From Antechinus flavipes (Eukaryota), in contig NC_067402.1 in the NCBI RefSeq assembly GCF_016432865.1, positions 201,376,001 through 201,440,000 of the forward strand: DNA of 64,000 bases, in the 5' to 3' direction. The position numbers were made by a program, and so were the translations under genes. Within the stretch, counting starts at the first letter, position 1. Each line of letters begins with the position of its first letter. Positions 12,905 to 24,997 of the stretch are shown here, one piece after another. The notes below the pieces were generated by a model. It was not told where the DNA came from. It did not search any database and saw only the letters and a list, made by a program, of their open reading frames with translations.

Positions 12905-14585
12905 AGGGATGAGAAAAAAGAATGAACTTGAAGAAAGGAGAAGGGACAAGTAGAATGGGGAAAATTTTCTCTCACATAAAAGGTACACTAGGAAGATCTG
13001 GGGAAGAAAATTGGGGTGGTAGCAGGCAATTCCTGAATTTCTCTCATCAGAATTGGTTCAAAGAGGGAAGAATATGTTTTCCGTTGGATAAAGAAATCTA
13101 TTTTACCCAATAGAGATAGGGCAGAGGGATAGAGGAGACAGCAGATATGAGATATAGGAAGGGAAATTGTTAGGGGAAGGGTGGATTTTTTTTGGGGGAA
13201 GCTGTGGTCAGAAGAAAGAGAAGGTACAGGATAAAAAGAGAGAAAGAAAAATAAAGAGAAGAAAATGTGATGGAGAGAAATGCATAGTAAGTGATTACAA
13301 CTGTGAATTTGAATGGGATAAGTTAAACCACAGAATGGAAGCACAGAATGAATTAGAAATCAGATTCCGACAATATTTTGCATACAGTAGTCACAAATGA
13401 AACAGAAAGACACTCACACAGATTTAAAATAAAGAGCTGGAGCAGAATCAATTATGTTTCATCTGAAGTAAAAAAGGTAGGAATAGAAATTATGATCTCA
13501 GATAAAGCAAAATTAAAAACAAACCCTAATCAAAATAATCAGGAAAACTACATTTTGATAAAAAGTAATATAGATAATAAAATAAAATAAAAATTTTACA
13601 ATAGATTTTCTGATAAAGGCTTCATTTTCCAAACCTATAGTAAAGTGAGTTAAAATTATCAAAATAAAAGCCATTCCCCAGTTTATAAAATGGTCAAGGG
13701 ATATGAACAGGCAGTTTTCAGAAAGAAGAAATCAAACTATCTGTAGTCATATGAAAAAATGTTCTAAACCACTATTGATTATAAAAAGGCAAATTAAAAC
13801 AATTCTCTCCTTCACACCTACAAGAAACGACAGATTCTGGAAAGGATAAGGGGAATAGGTACATTAATTGAACTGGTGGTGAACATTGAAGTCCAACCAT
13901 TCTGGAGAACAATTTGGATCTATGCCCAAACTGGGCATAGCCTGTGATCCAGCAATATCCCTACTAAGTCTGTATCCAAAAGAGATAAAAAAAAGGAAAA
14001 GGATATATGCATACAAAAATATTTATAACAACTTTTTGTGTGGTGGCAAAGACTTGAATACTAAGAGGATGCTCCTCAACTGGGAACTATTTGAACAAAT
14101 AGTGGCATATGATTGTGATGGAGTACTATTGTACTATAAGAAACGATGAGGAAGGAAGTTTCAGACAAAAAGAAAAACATAAAAGTCAAGACTTATTTCA
14201 ACTGAAGTGAGTAAACTGAAGTGAGAAGAATTGGTAATTCATGGTACAATAATCACAATAATGTTGTAATGATAATCAATTGTAAGAAACTTGGCTACAC
14301 TGATCAATACTATGATCTAAGACAATTCTAAAGGACTCACAATGAAAAATATATAAATACCTTCAGAGAAAACTGATGAACTTTGAGTGCAAATTGAAGG
14401 ATAATTTTCTTATATTTTTTACTATATGGCTAATATAGAAAAATGTTTTGCATGATTTCATATTTATAATTGATATCATCTTGTTTGTTTTCTTAGTGGC
14501 TGGGGGAGGGATGGAAGGGAAAGGGTGTGAAGCTCAAAATTATAAAGAAAGTAATAAAAAGTAAATTAAAACCAAAAAAAAAAGA
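12905..14585 (+). mobile_element. Old L1: inter-ORF region, endonuclease fragment, ORF2 end, 3'UTR and A-rich tail
   Basis: Purine-rich spacer, then an endonuclease-like segment (aaaaaggtaggaatagaaattatgatctcagataaagcaaaa), ORF2 C-terminal sequence (13886-14149 ORF remnant) and an A-rich tail at ~14575. Confidence 0.75.
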
Positions 14586-14599
14586 AAAAAGGAAAGGAA

Positions 14600-14940
14600 T
14601 CAGGCTAGGACTTGGTAGAGGAAAGGTTATCTTTTCACTGATTACATTGCTGGAAGTAAAATTTTTCACTTGGGCTTCTCACCTTGATTAAAGCCAAACT
14701 CAAGATAAAGAAAATTAAAATGAATTTATTATTACATCAAATCAGCAACACATTGGTAGAATGATCACTGAAGATCAGCAATGGCTTTGAGATGGAGACA
14801 ACTTTTATAGGTAACTTTAAGGAAATCCAGATAGGTATACCTCACCAAAAGAGGTGGAGTCCTTGCATTTTATTTCTTCTCCAAGGTAGCAACACACAAC
14901 AATTTGCAGGTAAGGTATATAACTAAGAAGAGCTAATACA
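14600..14940 (-). mobile_element. Possible degraded LTR
   Basis: Minus-strand AATAAA in an LTR-like context (aatttattattacatc...caacac). Termini and target-site duplication are not resolved. Confidence 0.3.
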
Positions 14941-17170
14941 AAAATACTGTCTCCTTCCCCATCCAAACCTTCCCCAACATTGTTTGAGAAGCAAGGCTGA
15001 GATCAATGAGATATTGAGTCAACATAATTTTCAACAACATGCATTAAATTATATGTTCTTTCAAATAAAATGAAAACCAAAGTCCTTAAACATGCCTAAA
15101 AGAATTTTACCTGGAATTAAACAATTGATATGTATACCTCAAATTTAGTGCTTGCTTTTTGGGAATCCTGGGAAGATAGCAGAATAAAAGCTCATGCAAG
15201 GTAGAGAACCCAAACTACAGATAAGTCAGTACTTATAAGAAGAGGAAATTTCAGAGCCTATCCTACCAGACGTTAATTTTTACAGAAAAGGTAATCAAAG
15301 AACAATTGCCTACTCTGTTATTCCAGGGACTCTCACTACCCTCAGCCCATCTTCCTGTCACCTTCTTGGCTGTGGCAATTTTAAGCAATAACTTTCAAAA
15401 TTAACTCCTTGGTACAGGAGGAACTTCCAAATTGAGGAATGGGTGAAGATCCCTTCCTTTGCTGGAAAAGCACTCTTATTCTGCTCTTTCTCCAGATCTC
15501 ACCCTCACTCCCACAGCCTGAATACTTGACTAAAATAAGTGGGACACAAGCCTGGGGCAATTTTAGGCACCCCAGCCTTCAGTGGAAGTCCTTGGCAGTG
15601 AATCAAGGGGAATTATGAGAGAAGGCTGGAAGCTTGGGATTAATCCCAAGGAACAATTTAAAAAACAGGGTGACATGGAGGAGTATGAAGCTTGGGAAAT
15701 CAGAAATATAACACTGTCCAGTATAAGATGAAGCAGATAGTTGGGAGGAATAAGAGAAAGATAGAGACCCATAATTATTGTTAGATATTAGAAGGGTCTG
15801 GTGTGCCCCTATTCTCCAGCATGTAAGTTTTGGACAAGACTGTAACATGGTAGATGGATGGAAAATGGTGGAAGCTTGAAACCAGGACAATGTCCCAGTG
15901 GAAACTTATTTGCTGAACTATACAAGCTGTTGTTGGTACCTGAAATAAAACTTTAAGACAATCACTAAAAGTTAAGATATTTTACTTGCAATAGAGCTGC
16001 ACTTTGTCAGTATTTCTGAATGCAAACTCAACTTGATTTTTCTACAGACTTTCTTCTATACAGAATCCCTGCCCCACCTCCAACAAAATCAAGATAAATT
16101 TTATTTTGATTGGTTACAAAAACAAAGTATTTTGTAATAAATCATTGTACTAATTGGATTTAGGAATGCATATAAGTGAAAACAATGTCATTTTTAGAAA
16201 AATCAGAAATATATAAAGGAAAAATTCTCATTATTGAAAAACTTCTGTTTAACATGATATAGGTTCAGAAATTAAAGTAAGATGCAAGTGTATCTTACTA
16301 TATATAGTATAAAAGATTATGTACTTTAAAGTACACTATATAATACAGTATTGATGATTAACTATATTTAAAAAACCACTGATTAGAATACAACTAAGAG
16401 AGAGTTTTTCACAGATTGTTATATTATTATTATTATTTTACTTTTGTAGACAATCTAGAGCAGCCCCATGATTTCTTAAAACCAAACTAATTTAAAAACA
16501 TTAAGGTCAATATTAACTAAACTCTTTTTCAAAACACAGGTTGAGGCAAGCAATGTCTGGCATACCCACCCCCAAGCAAAAGAATTCCAGAACCAGGCAG
16601 TTTTATGATTACTGCTTTCTAGTTGGCCAGAAAAAAAAAAAAAACAATGGAGGGGAACCTCTTGCCCTCTCTACCCACATGTGCCAGCAGGCTACAGCCA
16701 CTTTTAAAACTGCCATTTCTTCAAAACATTAAAATATATGTGTATTTTAAAATCTGGATGATCATTTGAATCTGTACCAATTCTGATTATCTGAATGTTG
16801 GCAATAAGATTGAGAACTGGGGGAGGACAAAACCCTAGGAGGGAAGCAGATTTTTTAAAATCCTGGGTTTTGTTTCTATTCAATCAAAGTTAATTCTTCC
16901 AGAGGAAAGTTTTTCTGTCTAGGTATTTAAAAAGCCAAACATGAAAAGAAACAAGGGCATATTTAAGGGAAAAAGGAAACCATTGCTAAAATCCAGTGTG
17001 TTATGTTTTTGTTTGGAAGTGGGATGTAAATTAGGATGGAATACCATTTCTTACCTTTGCTCTAAAAGTTCACAGGATTTGAAGAAGTCAGAAAATGGGA
17101 AGAAATAAATTCACATTTTAAGCAAATTCTCATTTAGCAGTAGCAGACTATGTAGCTGGACATATTTGTC

Positions 17171-17188
17171 AGTGCCGCCTGGTGGTAA
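17171..17188 (-). promoter_or_regulatory. CTCF-like binding motif
   Basis: Reverse complement TTACCACCAGGCGGCACT versus the core CCACCAGGGGGCGC, deviating only at tolerant positions. It retains a CpG in non-repeat, CpG-depleted DNA. Confidence 0.55.
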
Positions 17189-17779
17189 TACTTGAAAATT
17201 GGGTGGGTTTCCCCCCCTCCCCCACCTCTGTTGTCTATGTACAAGGTGTTTTTTTCCAGTATTAATTCAGTAATATTTTTATTTTAGAAAATTTTAGAGT
17301 TTATTTATGCTTTATATTTTATTTTTATTTCAGTTTCCTTGAATGTTTTATGAGCTAATATTAATTCATCTTTTCTTGCTAATTTCTCTGGAAAAAATAC
17401 TTTTAAGAAGATTTTACGAAATTGATAGATTTTTCTTTAAAAACAAAACAAAACACTGGTTTCTTTTTCAATGGAGTTATACAACCTTTTTAAAAATTTT
17501 CTACTTTTGACCCTTACTTTTGGTTTTCTTTTTTGAGATTATTTTGCTTTATTTCATTTTGTATTTTAAAATCTTCCCCTGGTGTACCCAATGTGCTGCA
17601 ATCATATGATGAACATAAATATGAAAGACCATTATTCTATCCTTCAAATAATGGCATAAATATGCTTGTGGAAGCTATACATCTGTTTGAGGTTTCCTTA
17701 TCCTAATGATATGGTTTATTTATAATTCAATTGTTGGAATATGATTGTGCATCTACTTTATGTGCTAAGTGTGTGTTGG

Positions 17780-17895
17780 TAAGGATGGCACAGTGGATAG
17801 AGCTTGACCTGAAGTTGGGAAGAGCTGAGATCACATTTGACCTCAGATACTTATTAGCTAGTGATCCTGGGCAATTCACTTAATTCTAATTGGGG
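17780..17895 (+). mobile_element. tRNA-headed CORE SINE (WSINE1/MAR1-like), degraded
   Basis: gatggcacagtggatagagc...tgagatcacatttgacctcagatacttattagctagtgatcctgggcaa. Confidence 0.7.
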
Positions 17896-19239
17896 TGGGA
17901 AAAATGGAGTCTAAATCAAATTTTCTTTCTTTCTTGCAAAACTATGGCCCATAAACATAGCCTTTCTGGCTGTTGTTATCTTTTTGCATCCTCTCTTGAT
18001 CTTCTGTAAAGAAATATTGGAGATGGAGCAATTATTCTATGATGTATCATCATCAAAATGTCTGAAAAAATCACTAGTAGTCTAGGAATGGGAATTCAAA
18101 TACAAGGTATAAATATCCCCTTGGGAAGGTGCAATCTATTTGACCCAGCACAATAGTGAGGCAATTTAACAGCCATGATGCTGTTTTCTACAAATCAGCA
18201 AACAACTTAACCCATCAGCTATGCTACATTTGGAAATGAATCTATTAGGGTAATGCTTTGTAGCAACTGCTTTAAATTTTAGGCCACTTATTTCAGAGAC
18301 CGAGGCAAAAAATATAGTAAAGAGTGTGACCTGGGTGAGCGTTGAGAAGAAAGGTATGTGTGTAGGGGAGTGGAAAATGCATTTGTGCTTTTGTACTTAA
18401 ATATCCCTTCGTGAGTGACATGGCTTGCCAAGTTAACTCTGGTCACTACATGGACAGTTGTTCTTGGCTGAGAAGATGCAACCATTAGCTGAGACTATAC
18501 TTAGGGGATTTTTCTAGTGATCACACATACTAAGGGTGAATGGGATTTTTAGGCTTTCACATACCCTACTTTCCAATTATATCACTTCAGAGTGGGCATA
18601 TTCTCTGATACTTTTAGCCTATTTGGGCTGAATATTATGTTCATGTTATGAATTGAAGGTTCCTTTCTAAATACCAGTATTTTGATTCAAGAAGATGTTT
18701 ATTTCCATGTTTTTTCAACATCATTGTTGTTAAATGCTATGATCATTGTGATTATATGACTGTGGGCTGTAATGATTGAACTGAAGATTTTGCAACAGAA
18801 AAAAAAGCAGAAAGAGGAAAGAGGAAAGCATAATAATGTAGATGATCTTTTACAATGGATTTTCTAGCAGTTATCTTTGTTTCAATATCTGTGTGACGTG
18901 TAGTAGAATATATTGCAGTGGTGCCTTCAACAGGGTCATGGTTTGAAGCAATCAGTCTTCCTGATTGCTTTTATTTCAGTCTTCACTGTGATAGAGGAAA
19001 ACACAATTCAATTAGTTAAGTCCTTACTTAATATTAAATGAGGTTGTGTTTCCATCAGCTCTAAAACTGTGTTATATTGATATGTTTTTATTGTTATAGG
19101 ATAAAGAGAGCCTGAATGACATGCCTAGTTCTGCAGTTTAAATATTTTTAGTGTTCTATCAGAATTATATCTGATTTTGTTAAATTATACATTTGTGTCA
19201 GTGTTGTTGCTCAGCCATATGTAAGGATCCCTGCTGGCT

Positions 19240-19412
19240 ACTTGCTTACTTAGGAAACCACATATTAACCCTATCTATGGTCTAGTATTTTTGTATTTAT
19301 TTTGTTAAATATTTCCTAATTACATTTTTTAAATTGCATTTTAATCTGATGTAGACTCATTCAGCAGTGTTGTGAGCTGACTGCATGTTTGACATCTCAG
19401 ATTTATGTGATA
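19240..19412. mobile_element. Probable non-autonomous DNA transposon (hAT-type MITE) remnant
   Basis: ggtctagtatttttgtatttattttgttaaatatttcc...gcatgtttgacatctcag resembles a common marsupial MITE; the family name is not determined. Confidence 0.45.
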
Positions 19413-19689
19413 TACTTCCAAAACATTAAACCTCTCTATGTCTAACATTAAATAACAATATTCAACAAAATGATGGAATCTTGCTTATTGATAGTTACCT
19501 TTGATGTAAATTCAGTGATATCCCCATATAAAACAAACCTTAATACCTTAAGAAAATAATCTCAAGTTTAATGGACTATTCCTTAAATTATAACCCCCGT
19601 ATAATTTGTCCACAAAACTGTTTCTGTATAGATTATGTGTGCCATCATGAACAAATAAAACCCATGAGATAGAATGAATTATAATGAAA

Positions 19690-20220
19690 GTTTTTTAATT
19701 AGTTTATTTTTAATACACATTGATTTATGAATCATGTTGGGAGAGGAAATTATTTCAAGAGGAAAAAACCATGGGAGAAGAAAAAAACAAAAAAAAAAAG
19801 AAGTGAACAAAGCATATGTTGATTTACATTCATTTTCTATAGTTCTTTTTCTGGATGCAGATGGCATTTTCTATCCAAAGTTTATTGGAATTGTCTTGAA
19901 TCACTGAACCACTGAGAAGAACCAACTCTTTCACAGTCGATCATCGCACAGTCTTGCTATTACTCTGTACAATGTATTCCTGATTCTGCTTGTTTTGCTC
20001 AGCATCAATTCATGTAAATCTTTCCAGACTTTTCTAAAATCAGCTTGTTCATCATTTTTATAGAACAATAATATTCCATTATCTTCATATACCACAACTT
20101 GTTCAGCCATTCCCCAATTGATGAGCATCCACTTATTTTCCAGTTCTTTACTACAACAAAAATAGCTGCTACAAACATTTTTGCATATGTGGGTGGTTTT
20201 TCCTCCTTTATGATTCTTTT
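19690..20220 (-). mobile_element. L1 3' end (minus strand)
   Basis: Antisense L1 3'UTR and ORF2 C-terminus (minus ORF 20005-20223, ...MFVAAIFVVVKNWK...GEWLNKLWY). Confidence 0.9.
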
Positions 20221-20575
20221 CAACAGTAAGGTGATTTAGGCCAGTTCTAATGATCTTGTGTTGAAGAGAGCCATCTGCACACAGATAGAGGACTGTAGGA
20301 ACTGAGTGTGAATCACAATGTAGTATTTTCACTCTTTTTGCTGTTGTTTGCTTGCATTTTGTTTTCTTTCTCATTTTTGTTCCTTTTTGATCCGGTTTTT
20401 CTTGTGCAGCATGATAATTGTGGAAATATTTAGAAGAATTGTAGATGTTTAACGTATATTGGAGAGGGGGTGGGAGAAAAGGAAAAACAAATTGGAACAC
20501 AAGATTTTGCAAGAGTGAATGTTGAAAATTATCTATGTATATGTTTTAAAAATAAAAAGCTTTAATAAAAGAACA
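20215..20575 (+). mobile_element. L1 3' end (plus strand), fused head-to-head with the preceding copy
   Basis: tcttttcaacagtaaggtgatttaggccagttc...aaaataaaaagctttaataaaa is the same 3'UTR type as at 9000-9250 and 40640-41045. Confidence 0.9.
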
Positions 20576-21049
20576 TAGGCTTGAAAATACTTTTTAAAAT
20601 TTTTTTTTAATGAAGCAATTAATACAGGGCATTTCAAATGTCTTAAGCATTAATCAGTAAGGCTTTTGGGACACTCAACACAAGTAAGCCATTTTCAGAG
20701 TCTTATCTTTTCAGAAAATATTACAAAATAAGCCATCTAATATCTCAATGAAATATTTAATCATCTATTTTTCTTGCATTTGAATTTTCAGAATTTTGCC
20801 AGGCAAAGCTCAGGAATATGCTTAAGAACATATGAAGTAGTAGTGTAAAGAAATAGAATATCATTTTTGTGGTTTAGTTTTTAAGTAAGCATAAATGCAA
20901 TCTAAATTCTGAATATATGGGATCCTGATAATTTGCATAGTTTCAGGTAAGATTTGAATATTAATTGAGTAAACGTCCATAATATTCATCAAGAATTACC
21001 AGTTTGGGGTGTTAAATGATACCAGAGAGGGAGAAAATTTAATATACTA

Positions 21050-23394
21050 TATGGTTTACTTAAATTAGGCCAAAGTAAGAGAAAATCACATTGAATGCAT
21101 ATTCAGTGCAATACTTTAAGAACATCATCTTTTAGGGTTTTGAAACTCAGCTAACATTTTGTCACTTTCACTAGTCTTATTGTTAGTAATGCTTCCTAAC
21201 TTGACTGCATTCTCCAGGAAGTCTAGTGCTACCATTGGGGTTATTAGTGATATTAAGATCATACTTGTATATTTCTCCTGTATATTTTCTCCACTTCTTC
21301 TTAGCATCTCTGCTTTTGTTGTCCCGACCATTTTTGTCCTTTGTCATGACCATTTTTGCATTAAATGTTCCCTCAATATCTATAATTTTCTTGAAGAGAT
21401 CTATCTTTCCCATTTTATCATTTTCTTCTATTTCTTTGCATTCTTCATTTAAGAAAATCTTATTTCTTTTTACTACTTTTTAGAATTCTGTATTCAGTGG
21501 GCTATATTTTTCCCTTTCTCTTTTCCCTTTTGTTTACTTTCTTTCCTCACCTATTTATAAAATCCTATCAAATAGCCATTTTGTTTTTTTGCTCTTTTTT
21601 TTTTCCCTTTGGAATTTTTTTTTCTTGTTGTTGTCTTCTATACAATATAGTGAATCTCTCTATAATTCTTCAACCTAATCCCTTAATCTATTTGTATTTC
21701 TACTCCATATTCATAAATGATTTCATTTAGGTCACATCTATATATGTCTGTTGATTTTTCCTACTTTCTTCAATTTGATTCTGGATTTTGCAATAAGAAG
21801 TTCATGATCTGAACCATATTTAGCTTCAGATCTCGTTTTTACTGATTGTGTAGACCTTCTCCATCTTTGGCTGCATACATGGTCTATTTTTGTATAGCTG
21901 CCTGTTTAGTCCTTTCTATTCCCAAAGATCAGTCATATCTAACTTTTCTAAGATTCCATTCAGTTTCTTAGTTTCTTTTTGTTTGTTTGTTTGTTTTTTG
22001 GTTGGATTTATCAAGTTCTGAGAGGAGCACAGTTTGCTGTCTATTCCCTCCTATAATTATTTGTCTTCTCCTTTAAGAAGATTTGATGCAAATATGTTTA
22101 GGACTGATATTACTTCATTGTTTATGCAAGATGTAGTTTCCTTTATTATCTCTTTCAATTACATCAATTTTTTTTGCTTTTGTTTTGTCTGAGATTGTGA
22201 TTGCTATATCAGCTTTTTTTTTTTTTTTACTTTAGCTGAAACATAACAGATTTTTCTCCAGCCCCTTATCTTTACTCTGTTTGTGTCTCTCTGCTTCAAG
22301 AGTGTTTTACATAAAAAAAAAAAAGTTTTAAGATTCTGCTTTAGGATTTAGGTTTTTGATTCACTCTGCTATCTGCTTTGTAAGAGAATTCATTCCACTC
22401 ACTATTACAGTTATGATTATAGCACATATTTTATTCCTTCTTTGAGCCAATCTGGATTAGAGTTAGGTTCAAGCAATGGCCTCCCTGCCATTTTCCTTTC
22501 CACTGTAATAGGTCTTTAGCACCTCTTTGTCTATCTCACTCTTTCTTTTGCTTCCAGCACAATAGTCTTTCTCACCCCTTAATGATGTTATGACTGCCCT
22601 CGAATTCACTTCATACCTGTACTCTCTGTTTGTGTATTCCTTACAATAGCACCATTAGTGATACAGTTCTTAAAAATTAAAAGTATTATCTTCACATGTA
22701 GGAGTATAAGCAGTTTAGCACTACTGAATCCCTTATGTTTTCTTTCCTTTTTCTCTTTTTATGCTTCTCTTGAGTCTTGTTATTGAAGATCTTTTTGTTG
22801 TTGTTGAGCTCTGGTCTCCTTATGAAAACTTGAAAACCTTCTATTTCATTGAATGACTGATTTTTTTTTTCCCTTTGAAGGATGATATGCTAAGTTTTCT
22901 GGGTAGGTGATTTTTGGTTGCAATCATATCTTCTTTACTTTTTGAGATATCACATTCCATGATCTCTGATCTTTTAAGGTTGCACCTGCTAAGTCTGTGT
23001 AATCCTGATTGTGTCTCTTTGATATTTGAATTGTTTTTTTCTGATTGCTTGTATTAGTTTTTCCTTGATTTAGGAGTTCTGGAATGTGACTATTTTACTC
23101 GGACTTTTCACTTTGGGATTTCTTTCAGGAGGTGATCAGTGGATTCTTTCAATATCTATTTTACCCTCTGGTTCTAGGACATCAGGGCAGTTTCCTTTGA
23201 TAATTTTTTGAAATATGATGTAAAGATCCTATTTTTGATTATGAATTTCAGTTACTCCAGTATCTCTAAAATGTCTCTCCTGGATTTATTTTCCAAGTCA
23301 ATTGTTTCTTTTTCAATGAGGCATTTATATTTTCTTTTATTTTTTCATTCTTTTGAATTTGTTTGATTGATTGTTGATGTCTCATATTGTCATT
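21050..23394 (-). mobile_element. Old L1 (ORF2 endonuclease and linker, inter-ORF region, ORF1), degraded
   Basis: Antisense endonuclease motifs (agattctgctttagg, tgattgctatatcagc) and ORF1 (gatcagtggattctttcaat, tggttctaggacatcagggcag). Confidence 0.8.
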
Positions 23395-23796
23395 TATAAT
23401 GTCCGGGCGAGTTCTCTGGAGGGCCTCTGGATCAGTCAGAGTCAGGATCAGTCAAAGTACTTGGTCTTTAGGAGGAGAAGTGAAGGAGGCAGGCAAACTG
23501 CCACATGGCTCATTAAAGATGAAACCTGGACTCTGGAGTCTGGAGCCTGAAGTCTTTTCTCCTCGGTGTACTACTGCTGAAAGAGACTGACTCTCTCCCT
23601 CAGCCCTCCAATCCTTGCTTCTGATTACCTCACCACACCATCCTCAGCAAGCCCCAATCATAAAGAGAGCCATCACATCACCATATCATCTAAATATATG
23701 CTTATAGAACCATTATCTCACATTGAGTAGGTAATTAGCCTTAAGTACTCTGCTGTCGTAGATTCAAATACACCTTTTCAGTTTCAGCCCTCTACA
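23395..23796 (-). mobile_element. Solo LTR inserted into L1 ORF1, ~402 bp
   Basis: On the minus strand it begins TGTAGAGGGCTGAAACTG. It has a 6-bp duplication gtcatt (23389-23394) / gacatt (23797-23802), and the L1 sequence resumes on both sides. Related to the LTR at 5110-5475. Confidence 0.85.
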
Positions 23797-23831
23797 GACA
23801 TTAGCTTTCATTAGTCCAGTTCTAATTTTTT

Positions 23832-24997
23832 CCACTTATTAGATCTGATTTTATTTGTGTAAGAAGTGTTTTATAATTGCATTCATATAATTCTTGGGTT
23901 TGCCTTGGCAGGTAGACACCCAAGTATTTTATTTTGTCTACAATAATTTTATTTTATTATTTTTATTAAAGCTTTTTATTTACAAAACATATGCATGGAT
24001 GATTTTTCAACAATGACCTTTGCAAAGCCTTCTGTTCTAAATTATCCCCTCCTTCTCCCTACTATTTCCTCTAGATGGCAGGTAGTCCAGTACATGTTAA
24101 ATATGTTCAAATATATGTTAAATCCAATATATGTATAGATATTTATACAGTTATCTTGCTGCCCAAAGAAAAATTGGATCAAGAAGGAAGAAACAAAACT
24201 GAGAAAGAAGACAAAATGCAATCATAGAACAATAGAAAGAGTGAGAATGCTATGTTGTGGTCCACATTCAGTTTCTATTGTCCAGTCTCTGGGTGTAGAT
24301 GGTTCTCTTTATCACTGAACAATTGGAACTAGTTTCAATCATCTCATCATTGAAGAGAATCACTTCCAGCAGAATTGATCATTGTATGGTCTTGTTGTTG
24401 AAGTATATAATGACTTCCTGGTCCTGCTCATTTCACTCAGCATCAGTTCATGTAAATTTCTCCAGGCCTTTCTGAAATCATCCTGTTGATCATTTCTTAC
24501 AAAACAATAATATTCCATAACATTCATATACTATATTTTATTCAGCCATTCTCCAATTGATGGGCATCCACTCAGTTTCCAGTTTCTTGCCACTACAAAG
24601 AGGGCTGCCACAAACATTTTTGCACATGGGGGTCCCTTTCTCTCCTTGAAGATCTTTTTGGGATATAATCCCAATAGAAACACTGCTGGGTCAAAGGGGA
24701 TGCACAGTTGATAACTTTTTGAACAGAGTTCCTAATTGCTCTCCAGAATGGTTGGATCCGTTTACAATTCCACCAACAATGTATCAGTATCCCAGTTTTC
24801 CCACATCTCCTCCAACATTCGGCATTATCTTTTCCTGTCACCTTAGCCAATCTAAGAGGTATGTAGTGGTATCTCAGAGTTGTCTTAACTTGCATTTTTC
24901 TTATCAATAGTGATTTGGAGTACCTTCTCATATGACTTCAAATAGTTTCTATTTCTTCATATGAAAATTGTCTTTCATATCCTTTAACCATTTATCA
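23832..24997 (-). mobile_element. Younger 5'-truncated L1 carrying an extra ~115-bp L1 ORF2 piece beyond its tail
   Basis: Well-preserved L1 3' end at 23946-24997 (minus ORF 24593-24931, KTTLRYHYIPLRLAK...CWRRCGKTGILIHCWW). Flanking duplication ccagttctaattttt / ccaattctgattttt. Confidence 0.85.

Noticed and set aside
17049-17070. Minus-strand 7-nt microexon-like pattern (ttttag|agcaaag|gtaag), with a similar one at ~32860-32880
   Set aside because: The exons are not frame-preserving, there is no gene context, and the motifs are short enough to arise by chance in AT-rich DNA.
19931-20512. Longest ORF in the track (193 aa, minus strand)
   Set aside because: It is a chimera running across the fusion of an antisense L1 3'UTR and a sense L1 ORF2 end; it is not a gene.
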